A stretch of 64,000 nucleotides of DNA, taken from the NCBI GenBank assembly GCA_964187785.1, contig OZ076409.1, positions 59,646,001 to 59,710,000 on the forward strand, read 5' to 3'. Position numbers and translations under genes: made by a program. Source of the stretch: Amphiscolops sp. MND2022. Its lineage: Eukaryota. Positions within the stretch are counted from its first letter, which is position 1. The number at the start of each line of letters is the position of its first letter. Under the pieces are notes generated by a model. The model ran no database searches. It was not told the DNA's origin and saw only the letters and a list, made by a program, of their open reading frames with translations. Positions 36,237 to 49,745 of this stretch are shown one piece after another.

Positions 36237-37736
36237 CTAGGCCTGATTTGGACGCGAGTCTTCCGTAGTAACTGAGTCGAGCATTCTAAAGTCAGAATTC
36301 ACATTAGGTCTCGGATTAGGTCGCAAGTTTTCTTCCCACTTTTCAATGATTGTATCCAACAACTATACGAGGTAATTCTGGAGTTTTTCTTTGGGGGGGG
36401 GGCTTTGTATAGGCGGTGGAGTTAAGATGTAGGGGTTATCACTGACGTCCAGATTGAATGACGTAACGTTGTCGGAGGATGTTTTATCCCCGTCAGAATT
36501 TTCTACTGTGGCTGTTTTAGCCACTTCATTTTCCGTTGTATTTGCGTCATCTTCTGCTTTGTCTGTGATTTCTGTAACTGAGGCTGTTCTGTTGAATTCT
36601 CTGTAAGCGTTCCGAACAGAACTTCTCCGAATTCGGTTTCCCAAGCTTGCTCGTACCAATCACTGTGGGTTGTTTTAACCTCTGGATCTGGAAAGTAATC
36701 TTCCCTTCTGACTGTTACGTCAGGTACTCGCTGATTGGGCGCATATAGCCTTACGCGAATTTTATGAAGGGTTTGGGTATATCGTGTACCCGTGCGACGT
36801 ACGACGTAATTGTTGTTTGAGAGCACTTTGACGACTACGTAAGGACCAGTACAGATGCAAGCTTTGAAGGCGAATTTCATTGACTGGTTGTCCGCTTTCG
36901 GGTTCAAAACGTAGCAGTAATCGTTGACTTTGAGAGGCGTAGCAGTGGTTTTCTTGTCATAGTATTGTTTGTACTTGAGATATTATTGCATTAGATTCTC
37001 TTTGGCAGCTTGATGTAGTTCAGCTATTTGTTTTTGTAGCTCATCCGTTAGGTCTTCGTTATTGTCTTTCTTCCATTCAGGTTTCAATCCGAGCTTTATA
37101 CCCAGGATGTTGTACGGAATGCGTCCGTGAAACACTGTTGTAGGTTCGCAGCCTAAGCTTTCGTGGTAGCTTGTGTTGTAGTTCATGACTGCTATTTGGA
37201 CGTATTTGTGCCACATTGAGCGTCTTTCTCCCGTTGATATTTTTAAGGAAGACTTCACAGAGGCATGCGTTCTTTCTAGTATGCCTATTGTTTGTGCATG
37301 TTTCGTCGATGCGTGGTCTATCCGTATCCGTATGTCTTGCGTTTGGGCTATCTGATTGACCACTTCTGATCTGAATTGTGATCTTTTGTCTGTTAGTATG
37401 ACGGTCGGTAGATAGCAATGTCGTGTCATTACATCAATTATGCAACGGGCCACTGTTCTTGCTGTCATATCTCGAGTTGGGTACGCAAAAAGGTAGCGTG
37501 AAAAAACATCCATCATCGTGATGATGTGTTGAAATCCATTAGATGGTGATAAAATTGGTAATATGTCGACTTCTAGACAGTCTTCTGATCCCATTGTGAA
37601 TTCAGTGTTGCTCAGCATTTTGGGACGTATTAGTCTCGTGTCGATATTTTTGTTGGCAATGCAATCTGGGCAACTAGTTACCCAGGTTCTGATTTTCCGT
37701 GCCACTTCCGGGAAGTAGTATTTGGCACTACGTTCC
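36237..37736 (-). pseudogene. pol: Integrase core and C-terminus of Gypsy B pol
   Basis: CPDC, LEVDILP, ILTD, LERTH, GPY; ends NLRPNPRPN...QA*. Confidence 0.93.
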
Positions 37737-37741
37737 TGTAT

Positions 37742-38593
37742 TGTAACGGCTGCTTGATCCCTTCACTTGACCAAACTTTACGCCGCCCTGAATTCGGTGC
37801 TCGGCACTGCGGATCCTTATCGAATACTGCTTGCTTCTTAGATTAAAAGGACTGTATCTTGACTTAGTAGGATCCAATGATCCCGAATTGCACTTCTTCC
37901 TTGTCTCTTAACACGTCCAACTCTCCACAAGTTGAGAGTAACTAACTTAGTCGCCCTAAGACTTTGGCGAAAAGTCGAAAAGAGGTGAAGAAATGAATTG
38001 AGAATTGAAATGGTCCTAAGACCCAACTTGAATACAGCTTTCCAATAAAATTGTGCTTATTTAGGTATGGTATACATATCGTTTTCAATTATTCGATAAA
38101 TATGAGTTGAAATATGAAGTATAAAAAAAATGACATTTAGGTGAATTATTAAAGTTATTAGCTATGTAAACAAACCTTAGTGTGGGTATAGCATGTTGGT
38201 TAGGTGGGCTCTAAAGCATGTCTACACAATGTAAATATCATCATTTGCAACAGAGTTACATTCTAATGTGGTCATAATGGTAAATAGCAATGTTTACATT
38301 ATTGGCACCATGACCTTGGATATTACACATATGAGGGGTAACGGGCGTTATAATGGGTGGATGACCTTGAAACTGAGCCGGTGTGTCCGTGTTTGGTACC
38401 TGCATATGTGTGCCAAGTTTCGAGTCGCTATGGTTAATAGTTGTAGAGAAAACCCTGACTGGGGGGGTTTTCGATTTAGCAAAGTGAGGTTTTCGTTCAA
38501 ATTTTCATCTAAGTTTTTAAGAGTTTAAGTCATGTTTCTCAACCACTATGTTCCAAATCGACTTTCTTCGCCTGCTTCTGACTAGCGCCAACA
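37742..38593 (-). repeat. 3' LTR of the BEL element (852 bp)
   Basis: Direct repeat of 45335-46185, ~39 mismatches by manual count; purine tract GGGAGAAAAACAGGG just inside. Confidence 0.97.
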
Positions 38594-41500
38594 TTGCCGG
38601 CCCTGTTTTTCTCCCGAAAAACACTTTCATAGAACAGGGGTGCCAGTTTCACTGGTCTTTTGAACTTGACATCTTTTGTCACAACTGTCGCAGCTCTGAC
38701 TCTGCCATCGCTTCCTTCTTGTACTTCCAGTACTCTCGCCATCTTGTAGTTGGACCGTTTAACATTTTCACCCACGACCCAAACCAAATCATTGACTTTC
38801 AGCTGTCTCACGTAATCTTTGTTCCATTTATTACGCGCATTACTTTCAGGCAGATATTCTTTAGTCCATCTGGTCCAGATCATATCTGAATAAGCTTGCG
38901 ACACTCGAAATACTCGTCTCATATCTGTGTAACGTTGAGCGTCTGGTAGGAATGGTGTGGCTAAATTAGCTCTTCCCATTAAGAAGTGGTTCGGAATCAA
39001 AGCTTCCAGGTTCTTCAGGATCGTCACTAACACTAGTCAGTGGTCTAGCGTTCAACGTCTGTTCTACTAAACCTATAGTTGTTTTAAGGACGTCGTCCGT
39101 CAAGGATCGCCCATCCAATACAGCTATCATTGCTTTATTACAACTTCGGACCAATCGTTTCCAGATTCCTCCAAAATGAGGAGCTCCAGGAGGGTTGAAT
39201 TTCCACTTGATTTCTTTTTGAGCTGAAGAGTTCTCAATATCTGACTGATTCCATGCATTTATAGAATATCTCATTTCTTTAGCTGCACCCACGAAGTTTG
39301 TCCCGTTATCGCTCAAAATTGTAACAGGTTTACCTCTACGAGCAATAAACCGTGTGATAGCAGTTAAGCAGGTCTCTGCTTCCAAAGATGGAACAACTTC
39401 AATGTGTAATGCTCTAGTCGTCAAACATGTGAAGAGACAACACCATCTCTTCATGGTCTTACGCATAAACTTCACTTCAAAGGGACCAAAATAGTCAAGT
39501 CCAGTGTTGGTGAAGGGGAAAACTCGTTCCTGCAATCTCTCTCGTGGTAAATCAGCCATAAATGGTTGAGACACTCCAGATCGTTGCTTTCTACATTTAA
39601 CACATTTCGCTTTGACGTTCCTCAAAGCGTTTCGCAATCCAATAATCCAGTATTCTTGCCTCAAAAGACTTCTGACGTATTCTGTGCCTTCATGAAAATT
39701 CGCTCGATGAGCATCTTCAATCAACTTGATGACTACAAAGTGCTTTGCTGATAACAAGATCGGATGTTTGACGTCGTAACTTGATCTTGAATGCTGCAGT
39801 CGGCCTTGTAGTCGCAGCAATCCATTTTCATCCAGAAACGGAGATAATTTATTCAATTGATCTGACGCCGACAACGGCTGCCCTTTGGAGATGTTCTCGT
39901 GGGCATCATGAAAAATTTCTTTCTGACAACGTTTCAAAATTGCCAGCTTTGCCGCATTGAGTTCTTCAACTGTCAAAATTTCTCCAGAATTCCTGTTCTT
40001 CGATCTTAGGCAGTACGAGAGCACTCGAATCATTTTCTTGAAAGAGCCAAATCTTTCCCATTTGAATGCGGGTTCCATTACAGCAGCTTGCAGGACTGGT
40101 TCTTGCTCTTCTTGAATGCTGAATTGCAACTTTTCAGGCGCCTTAGGCCAGGCGCCCTCTGTCTCGATAAGCCAAACCGGCCCTGTGAGCCACTTACTCT
40201 TTTTCAGGGCTTAAACTGTCATTCGTCGAGTTCCAATGTCGGCAGGGTTCATCTTTCCTTCCACATGTCGCCATTGGACTATAGTTGAATTTTCGAGGAT
40301 CTCTGCGACTCTGTTCGCTACAAAAACCGGTTGCTTTTCGTTGCTTGCGTGAAGCCATTGTAGGACCGTTGTTGAATCTGTCCAGTGTACGATTCGGTCT
40401 ACTTCAATATCATGTTCTTCTAAAATGAGTTCACGCAGTCTTACTCCAAAGATTGCTGCCTGCATCTCCAACTTGGCCACGGTCATGTTCCTAATTGGAG
40501 CTACTCTACATTTTCCTGTGACAAAGGTCACTTCGCCATTGTCTTGTTTTCTCAAATAAGCAACCATACACATTGCTTCCAACGAAGCGTCTGAGAAGAT
40601 ATGTAGATCAACTTTGTTCACTCCAGACACGAATTATGTTCTTTTAAGGACCATTTGATTTACCTGAATCACCTCTGATGCCCATTTCTTGAATGCATGT
40701 CAATTTTTTTCATTCAGTTCTTTATCCCACGACTCTCCGTTCTCCTTCCATATTGATATTAGTAGCAGTCGCGTTCTGATAGTAAAAGGAGACACTATTC
40801 CCAGAGGGTCGAACACTGCTGAAACATGGGATAACACCGCTCTCTGAGTTATGTTCACCGGTGTCTCCTTCTGCATGCCTCTGCAGATTTCCAGATTATC
40901 TGCATCAACGTTCCATTGCAGTCCCAAGATTGATGGAGAAGTCGGCTCAGCTTCGAAGGTTTTACTAGAGGACGGTGACTTGTCTGCTTGGTCGATAGAC
41001 TTCATAGTCTGTTCGCAGTTGCTAATCCACTTTGTTGAGTGAAAGCCTCCCTTTGCTAACATCGCTCTCAACATATTGTAGATTTCAATAGCTTGCTCAG
41101 CGCTGGGAACAGACTTGACAAAGTCATCCATATAGAAGTTTCGCATTATCAGTTTAGTAATCTGTGGGGACTCCTGTGCGTTATCTCTTGCAACTTGTTG
41201 CAGAGCATAATTGGCGCAAGTTGGCGAACTTTTGGCTCCGAAGATATGTCTTCCATACTCATACACCTTAACGGGTTCATTTGGATTGTCTCTCCATAGA
41301 AGTCCCAACACTTTACAATCTTCCGGTGGTACTTCCACCTGGAGGAACATTGCCTCAATGTCGGCGGTGATGGCAACCTTTTGTTCTCTGAACCTGAAGC
41401 TTATTCCAATCAGATTCTGTAGTAGGTCCGGTCCTGTCAAGAGGTTATCGTTCAAGGAAATTCCACGGAATTTGGAGCCTGCGTTGCACACTCGCCTCAC

Positions 41501-44500
41501 TTTTCCTGATTTGTTTGGATTTTCTACTGGGTGATGTGGAACATACCACTGTCTTTCCAGTTTTGTAGCTTCTAATTCTTCCTGCTTTAGGATTCTGACG
41601 AATCCCTTTTCAACATCTACTTTGATAGAGTCTTGATAGAGTTTCTTCAGCTCCGGTTTCTTTTCAAGTCTAAGCTCCAACAATTTCATTTGGCTCAATG
41701 CCGACGAATAATTGTTCTTTTCCAGAGGAGTCCAACTTCGTATCTTTCACCATCAAACTTCGTGGTTTGTTCTAGCACCTGCAACGCTTTCTCGTCGTCC
41801 TTGAACCTTCCAGACACATCACAGCGGGATGCGTAGGATTCAATGTCCCACCAAGTTTTAATCTGTTCTGCCAGCACATCATCTTCGGAAGCTGTTACGC
41901 AAGATGCAGTCATCTGCACAGCCTTTTGTTGTGGAAGTGGTCCACAGAGGGTCCATCCAAGTTTCGTTTTCACTGCCCAAGGCTCACCGTTCGTGCAGCT
42001 TTTATATTCTACAGGTCGATGTATATGGTAGCAGTTTCGTCCCAATATCATTTTTACATCTTTGAGTTTCAATGTTTCTTCGCTTAGAACCGACAAATGG
42101 GGATAGGCAAGTTTGAGCTCCTGATAGTTGTAGATCTTTGTTCCGGCGTCTATGTTTGGATGAGTGTAAATTTTCATGTGGTGTGTGTCGCTCATTGCCT
42201 TGCCACAAATTCCCACAGTGAATCGTTCACATTTCACATCATTTGTCCCATGTATTCCAGCCACACTCAGGTCAATTTCTTCGCCGTGAGCATTTAACTT
42301 GTCAGCCAATTTCTTGTCTATGAACGATAGATTTGCTCCAGAGTCACACAACGCCAAGGTTGATTCTTGCTTTTTCGAATTTGGATGATGACAGGTATAA
42401 CTGGCAGAATCCCACTGCTCTTCAGTGAGAAAAATGCAGAGTTCACCTCCGCCTTATCTTGCCCGTCTTCTACTCCACTATCTTTCGGTCGTCCATTTGT
42501 CTCGCGGTGTAGCAGTCGATGGTGCCGCTTGTTACAACCTTTGACTCCACACGCTTTGTATGTGCAGTCTTTCACTACATGTTTCCCAGCCAAACAACAA
42601 AAACAGAAATTCATCTCTTTGACTTTCTCGTATCGCGCTTGACATGTCATCTTCAAAAACTTCTCGCATTTCCACAAAGGATGTTTACCATCTCTCAAAA
42701 GACAATCTTGACCAGTCTTCTTGTCGAAATTGTCGTCAGCGAAAGTTGAGAAAGTAGAGTTCTTTGGTTTGTCATTACTTGTCCATTTCGATTTGTCGGC
42801 GTTGGGATTGCCTGTCATGAGAACATCTATCTGCACCGCTGCTATCTCTTGCAACCATAAGCTGAACGCTTCCAGCCCTATGTAGTAATAAGCTTTTTGT
42901 CTCGCGTGCGCCAACGGTTGCGTCTTCATGTTCATTGGCAAATTACTGGTCGCACTACTCAGGACGCATTCTGACTGCAAGTCGCCAACATAGTTCATCT
43001 GTGTCAGAACTTGTACACAACTTGAAACTATTCTCGAGTATTTGACCAATGCTACGGAGTCGTACGCTTTCACTGGCGGAAAGGTGTATATTCGTCTCAA
43101 TTGTGCGTTAACTACCACTTATGGTCTTCCAAAGTGCGCGACCAAGGTATTCCAAGCAATATCATACATGTCTCCAGTGTAGCCTAGTCCAGCTATCACT
43201 TCTTTCGCTTTCCCAGTGACCAGCGTTTTGAGATGATTCATCTCCAAGCTGGCGTCGATGTTTGCAGCGTGCACGGTCGAGAGGAACAACCCTGACCACT
43301 CGGGCCATTCTAGTGGGTCACCTGAGAATTCTGCTAACTTCAGTTTCGGCAAACTGGCTGGTATGCTCACTGCTTCATTTCTTATTGCCGCGAACTGACT
43401 CTGTATGGGGGCAGAGTAGTTAGCTGAGGGTCCCACTGGTGGTGGCAATGTGCCACTTCTCGTTTGGTTACTTAACATTGGTTGGTTTGGAGGTTCGAAG
43501 TTCCCAAGCTGCACATGCTGTTGAAATGTCTTGTTCATTTGCATCTTCGCCGATGCAGCGTTCGGCGCGAATTGACTGGCCGACGTGCCATCCTTTACCA
43601 TGGTCGGCTGTGCTGTTTTAGCAGCCAGGTGGGACATTTGCGTTGTGTGTGGCAAAGGGTCAGGTTGTGGTTTGATAGGTTCGTTGGCCAGTGCGGTTCT
43701 GGATACCTCTTCTCCAAACTTCGTTGTTCTTTCGTCTCATCCATTTTCTTCAAGCCAAGAAGGTACCTTTTCGAAAGGATCGCTGTGGATGGGTATTGGC
43801 GAGATGCTTCGCAAACTTGTGCTTGCTCTGCTTCCCTCCGCCCGAGCGATTTCCATTTCCTTCTCTGCGATTCGTTTAGCCCTTGCCTTCTCCTCTTGGA
43901 GTTTAGCAATTTCGAGTTCTTCTGTGAGTTTATCCATTTCCTCGTGTTTCTTCGGCTCTCGGCTTGGCGTTTCTTTGCAGCTAGTTTTTCATCGATTTCT
44001 TCTTGTTTGTTCATTGCTTCCAGTTCTAGGAGCATCACTCGCTTTGTGGTAGTTGACTTTGAACTAACTGATGTTCTGTTGCCATTTGAATGGGCCTTGC
44101 TTGCACACTGATCTCTTTCTTCAGATAGCGAATTCACCTCATTAACACAACCACTCTCAAACGAATAGGGTACCTTTTGCCACTTCTTCATTCGCATTTT
44201 TCTGAGGAGATGTGTCGCGGGACTTTATTTGTTGCTCTTGTCAATTCACCCTGGCACGCGCCATGATTCCCTCCATACGATGCAACTCACTGTAGATTGA
44301 AGTATCTCCACTGTGTTTCAACAACTCATCCATCTCGTCCACAATTTCATCTCTCCTTTTGAGGGTTTCTTCGTTTGTTTCTACCAATGCTTTGTAATCC
44401 TCTGAGTTGCAAAGAGTGTCCCGATTTTTATTGATTTCATCTTCGTTTTTTGAAGCATTTCATCACATTTCTCTTTGGAGTTTTGATGTTGTAGGAACTC

Positions 44501-44893
44501 CTACAACTGTCCTTCATTCTTTAGGCTCCTCAACATTGTGAGCATCTGACTAATGTGTTTATGTCGTGTTTCCAAGGAACCTAATTCATATCGATATCTG
44601 CAGAATCGGTCGCCTTTTTTATCCGCCCATTCTGGCTGATACTTGACTGTCAAGAGTGCTGTGTTCGCCCCGACGAGTCTCTTCCATCTAGGCAGTAGGT
44701 CTTGTCGGTTCGGTAGAAGGTCTGCGAGTTTTTCCTTCGTTACGTCTGCTTTGCGCAGCTCAGCATGTATTTCATCCATTTTTGCCTCAAGGATTTGAAT
44801 TGCTCTCATGTTGCTCTCCCATTGTGGCTTGTCGATAGAACTCTTCAAATAGTTGTCAATTCTTTTGTAATCAATTCTCTTAGTTTCAGCCAT
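38539..44893 (-). pseudogene. BEL/Pao gag-pol polyprotein (fragmented)
   Basis: LPKLKLAEFSGDPLEWPEW gag; three Cys/His knuckles (CFCCLAGKH..C, CGVKGCNKRHHRLLH); CDSGA protease; FYMDD RT; FSDAS RNase H; integrase LDYFGP/SDNGTNF/PHFGG; end overlaps the 3' LTR. Confidence 0.95.
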
Positions 44894-45241
44894 TTTGAAC
44901 TAGCGCAAAACCCCAGAGTACACTAACTAACCATAGGAGTCCAAATTCTGCTCTGAATACAATTCGCAACAAGCCGACGAAGTAGCCCAAAACCCCAGAG
45001 TACACCTTATACCCAAGAGCTCCAGTAATACCACTTCGAATACAATCTCCCAGAGCCTGCAGAAGTAGCCCAAGCCCCAGAGTACACAATACCCAGAAGA
45101 GAGCCCAGATGAGACCACTTTTCAGTGCACACATCTTTGTAGGGTTCAATCACAGTGGTTCAACAGCTGTCGTTCACTGTACACGTTCACTTGTTCGCCC
45201 AGTGCTTCTCTGGCTGTGTAGCAATCAATTGCTCATCCAGT

Positions 45242-45320
45242 TGTCCGCCCAATTGATGATGTCCGCCCAATTGATGATGTCCGCCCAATTGATGATGTCC
45301 GCCCAATCGATGATGTCCGG
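45242..45320. repeat. 18-bp tandem repeat (TGTCCGCCCAATTGATGA x4) abutting the BEL PBS
   Basis: Directly visible. Confidence 0.95.
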
Positions 45321-45332
45321 GTCGGCGGACCA
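45315..45332 (-). promoter_or_regulatory. BEL primer-binding site (TGGTCCGCCGACCCGGAC; tRNA-Tyr-like)
   Basis: 2 nt from the LTR end; 14/17 match to the TGGTCCTTCGAGCCGGA tRNA-Tyr-type PBS common in BEL/Pao. Confidence 0.7.
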
Positions 45333-45334
45333 AA

Positions 45335-46185
45335 TGTAACGGCTGCTTGATCCCTTCACTTGACCAAACTTCACGCCGCCCTGAAGTCGGTGCTCGGCAC
45401 TGCGGATCGTTACCGAACACTGTTTGCTTCTTAGATTGAAAGGACTGTATCTTGACTTAGTAGGGTCCAATGATCCCGAATTGCACTTCTTCCTTGTCTC
45501 TTAACACGTCCAAGTCTCCACAAGTTGAGAGTAACTAACTTAGTCGCCCTAAGGCTTTGGCGGAAAGTCGAAAAGAGGTGAAGAAATGAATTGAGAATTG
45601 AAATGGTCCTAAGACCCAACTTGAATACAGCTTTCCAATAAAATTGTGCCTATCTAGGTATGGTATACATATCGTTTACAATTATTCGATAAATATGAGT
45701 TGAAATATGAAGTATAAATAAATGACCTTTAGGTGAATTATTAAAGTTATTAGCTATGTAAACAAACCTCAGTGTGTGTATAGCATGTTGGTTAGGTGGG
45801 CTCTAAAGCATGTCTACACAATGTAAATATCATCATTTGCAACAGAGTTACATTCTAATGTGGTCATAATGGTAAATAGCAAGGTTTACATTATTGGCAC
45901 CATGACCTTGAATATTACACATATGGTAGGTAAAGGGCGTTATAATGGGGGGATGACCTTGAAACTGAGCCGGTGTGTCCGTGTTTGGTACCTGCATATG
46001 TGTGCCAAGTTTCAAGTCTCTATGGTTAATAGTTGTAGAGAAAACCCTGACTGGGGCGGGTTTCGATTTAGCAAGGTGAGGTTTTCGTTCAAATGTTCAT
46101 CTAAGTTTTTAAGAGTTGAAGTCTTGTTTCTCAACCACTATGTTCCAAACTGACTTTCTTCGTCTGCTGATGACTGGCGCCAACA
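45335..46185 (-). repeat. 5' LTR of the BEL element (851 bp)
   Basis: Direct repeat of 37742-38593. Confidence 0.97.
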
Positions 46186-46190
46186 TGTAT

Positions 46191-49100
46191 CATCTTCGTT
46201 ATTCCTGGATGTTTGTTTGTTCTTCCATGTAGTGTGGACAAGGGTTCTAGGACTAGATGTTTCGGGGTTATGACTTGGTTATGCGTGACTGATCCGTCTT
46301 CTCCGTAGTACTTTCGCATTAGGACTCCATCTTTCATTATGATTCTTTTTTCATGTCGTAATAGATTTCGTCCTCTCGGTTCAGTTTTAAGGAGGTGCTT
46401 GTCGTATTCTTCGTGTGATATCCGTAGTTTCAACGCTTTAAGGAGGGGATCCGCATCTTGCTCGTTTCTGATCCGTGCATATTCCTTGATTGCGCCGAAC
46501 GAGTAGACTGCGGAGTTGAGGGGTATCTTGATGACTTCAGTTACCTTAGTTGATAAGTCTTTTTCGTGTTCTTCCTGGGCGCGTTGTTTGCTTTGTGCTT
46601 TCCTGGCGAAAATTTTTTGTTCGGATTCTTCTTCTTCATCTGGCAGGAAGAAAAGTTGTTCTTCGTCTGCGACGTCTGATGGTTGTAAGTTGACTTCTAT
46701 TGGTGACGTTAAGATATCGTCCCTTAGCTTTAGTTGTACTTTTTTTTGGAGTAAGTTCGAGTTTCGAGAGGAAATTTGCTGCCGTGTTCTGGGAGCCTGC
46801 TACGTGCATGATTCGGAATTTAAATTGAAGGACGTAATCGCAGCATTCCAAAGTGCGGGTGGTGTTGTTTTTGTCTGGAAGAATCTTGTTACTGAACTGT
46901 TGTCTGACGAAACCCATCGTCGGTATCGTTGTTTCCCATAGGATGTGACTATATTCAAGGATTGCATGGTATATAGCCAAAAACTCTTTACAGTAGATTG
47001 ACATCTTTAGTTGTGCTGGTGAGAAAACACGTGATCCGAACGCTACAGGCGCGAAGGTTTTCTTTTTCGAGAGGAGTTTTCTTTCGTCATTTTCTTCTAT
47101 CATCGGGCGTAGCCTGATGCTCGGAAACTTGCGTCCGTCATTAGCACGTATTGTTTTCCTACTATGGGTTGTCTGAGTGCAAGTCCGCAGGCTTCCGCTT
47201 GGATGGCGTTGATTTCTTTAAAATTGTCGACAAGTTCTTCCGAGGTTCTAATTTTGGAGTCAGCTTTTATCAGTTCGTACATACCAATGAGTTTTTCAGA
47301 TAGTCGTGGTATGTAGTTTCGGTAGTAATTGACAAAACCGATGTACTTTTGGACCTGTTTTTGGATTTCGGGAATCGAACTTTCGAAAGAAAATTTTTAA
47401 CTTTTTGATCCTGCAGGGCTACTCCGTCTGAGGTGATGGTTTCTCCGAGGAATTCGACTTGTTTTTACACCAAAATAGCATTTTAGTCCCGCTTTCCGTA
47501 TACACTTGAAGACTGCTCTGATGTCTTTGATGAGTTGTTCCGTTGTATTTGCGGCTATGCCAAAATCGTCAACATTTTGTGCGCACTGATCTGCTTTGAT
47601 GACTGAGTCGAGGTATTCCCGCATGAAGTTCGAGAAGGCTGACAGCGCTCTACTTAGTCCTTGGGCTAGACGACAGTAGGCAAACGTTCTACTAGCAAAG
47701 TTAAAAGCAAGTAATTCTACTGACCTTTGATCTGCCATTTGGAGGCAGTGGTACGCCTGGGAGCAGTCGAGTTTGCAGAACAGTTTATTCCCTGCTAGGT
47801 GTTGTGCCGCGTCTGAGAGGGTGCTGATTGGGTGGTTGCTGTTGATGTAGTCATCTGCGATGAGGGCGTTGATTTTCCGCAGATCCACCAAAAGTCTCGG
47901 CTTGCCGTATCTATGCATGAGGGCTAGTTCTACCGTTAGGTCTTCTTTGAGATTGATTGGGACTAGTAGGCTCTGTGTGTATACCAGTTTGTCATCTTGT
48001 GAAGTTAGACTGACTTTAAATTGCGTGTTCGTTCCGATATCGAGTCTGTGGCGGGCGAAGATGTCATGGAATTCGACAATGGTGTTTTATAGACTATCAC
48101 GATTCTTTCCCGTAATTAGTGAGGCTGTCCGTTTGAACATTGCAAGGAACTTGTTTCGGGATTCTTCGTTTCCGGTTGGATCGAGTTTTTCTAGTTCTAG
48201 TTCGACAGGTTCCCGTAGCTCTTTCAAAATTCGCTTTTGTATGGGCGAATGTTCTTGTTCATTGCCAGGGTTTCCTGAGGTTGGGAACCAGAATTTTTCT
48301 TCATTATCATCTTGTCGTTCTACTTGCATTGGTGCGTTGATGTACGTCACGACGTCGTCATTTTCTGTGAGGAGCATGAGGGCGGCGATGTACCGACTGG
48401 GCGGATCATATTCGTTTCTTCTGGTTTTAGAACTTGTAATTCAGCTATTTTGGTGATTGTAGCTGATGTATACGGAAAATCCGTTGTATTGGCGACCTTT
48501 ATTGCCACTTTTTTGTCTCTGGCTGTTGTTATTCATTCATCAAATTGTGGTAGCGTCTGCAGGTATCTTGTGCTTGAATTCTGTTTTGATCATGATGGGC
48601 TTGGGGTTGCATTTTTGCATTTCGTCGGTGAGCGCCATCGTGATTTGGATCTTTGGGAAGTCAATTGTTCCTTGTGCAGTGTCTAGGATTGCGGCATGTT
48701 TTCGGAGGAACGCTAGTCCTATTATGGGAATGATGTCTGGTTCATGACAATGAACGTTTCCTCAAAGTTGTAGTCCCGAATTTTGAAATGTGGGGTGTAC
48801 GTGGCAAGTGGTTGTTCAAGTTCAGCATTAGCGTATTGTACCTGGAAAGGGGGTGGGGGTGATTTGTTGACGATGCATTGACTAGCATTCTGTTGAAGTT
48901 TTCCTACGTCCCTTTCACTAATAGCGTTAATGTACGCAGCTGAGTTGACTAAGGCGTCAATTTTGACAGTGTGTTGAAGTCGAATGGTAGGAAGAGCATT
49001 CCCTTATTCTTCTTTTGGGCGATTGCAGACATTAACGGAATGTAGTCGTGGTCTTTGTTGTGTTGGATGAATTCTTTGATTTCATCTAGATCTTCGGGTA

Positions 49101-49745
49101 GTGCTGAAGGGCATTCCGTTATTTCTTCCTCCTCAATTGTCATTGCTGTGGCTGGCGCTGTTTTTAGTGGTGGTGAAGGAGAGTTGTTTTTTTTCGCTGG
49201 TCTCTTTCTTGTTGCGCCCATTTTGTTTTGTCTTCGATGCAGATATTGTTTTCTGCGTCTATCGGTGTGGACGTAATGGTGACGGGACCTGTCGGAGACG
49301 GTGTTGTTCTTTTCAGGATAGGTGACAGTGGCAATAGGAAGTTTGTTGTTTCTTTGGGTTGAGCTTGGAGGTTTGGGACTTGGATTTTGAAGGAAAGTTT
49401 CTTTGTGTCGTATATAGTTGGTTCGTCCCAATGTACGCATCTATAGTCCATGTCATATATATAAACACGTTCAGTTTTAGATTCTGGCAGAGGTCTTCTG
49501 AGTGTCGCATTATTGTCGGGCGACTCCGTTATCCATTGGTGTAGCGACGTTGGATCTTCTGGATGTCTGGCATTATGTCTGAGGATCCTGCCTACGTTCC
49601 AGCGACGTTGCCAGTCTTGGGTTGGTTCTTCTTTGCATTCGTGAGAAAAACCCTCTTCGTACCTGTTTGGGGGGTCTTCGTTGGTGTACGCCCTCGCGTT
49701 TACTTTTTCCCAAAAGCGTAGGCGCGGCGATTTTATTTTTTTGCT
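46191..49745 (-). pseudogene. pol: pol of Gypsy B, 5' part (PR, RT, RNase H, start of IN)
   Basis: ALVNSAAY protease, KLDCSQAYH, AQNVDDF, MTDASF, HGRTNKHPGI; clearly homologous to element A pol. Confidence 0.93.

Larger units (their letters stand above)
37742..46185 (-). mobile_element. Full-length BEL/Pao LTR retrotransposon nested in Gypsy B integrase
   Basis: LTRs 37742-38593 and 45335-46185 (TGTAAC...CCAACA); TSD TGTAT on both sides; splits the integrase Zn-binding region HPGITKMI|QERSAKYYFP. Confidence 0.97.

Noticed and set aside
43482..44111. Long plus-strand ORFs over retroelement genes (also 6304-6729, 47860-48456, 50725-51123, 28374-28826)
   Set aside because: Shadow frames of minus-strand gag/pol with no independent motifs
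46131..46433. Novel protein with a unique C-terminus (..HVGASHQQTKKVSLEHSG)
   Set aside because: Artefactual fusion of Gypsy B integrase with the BEL LTR at the insertion junction
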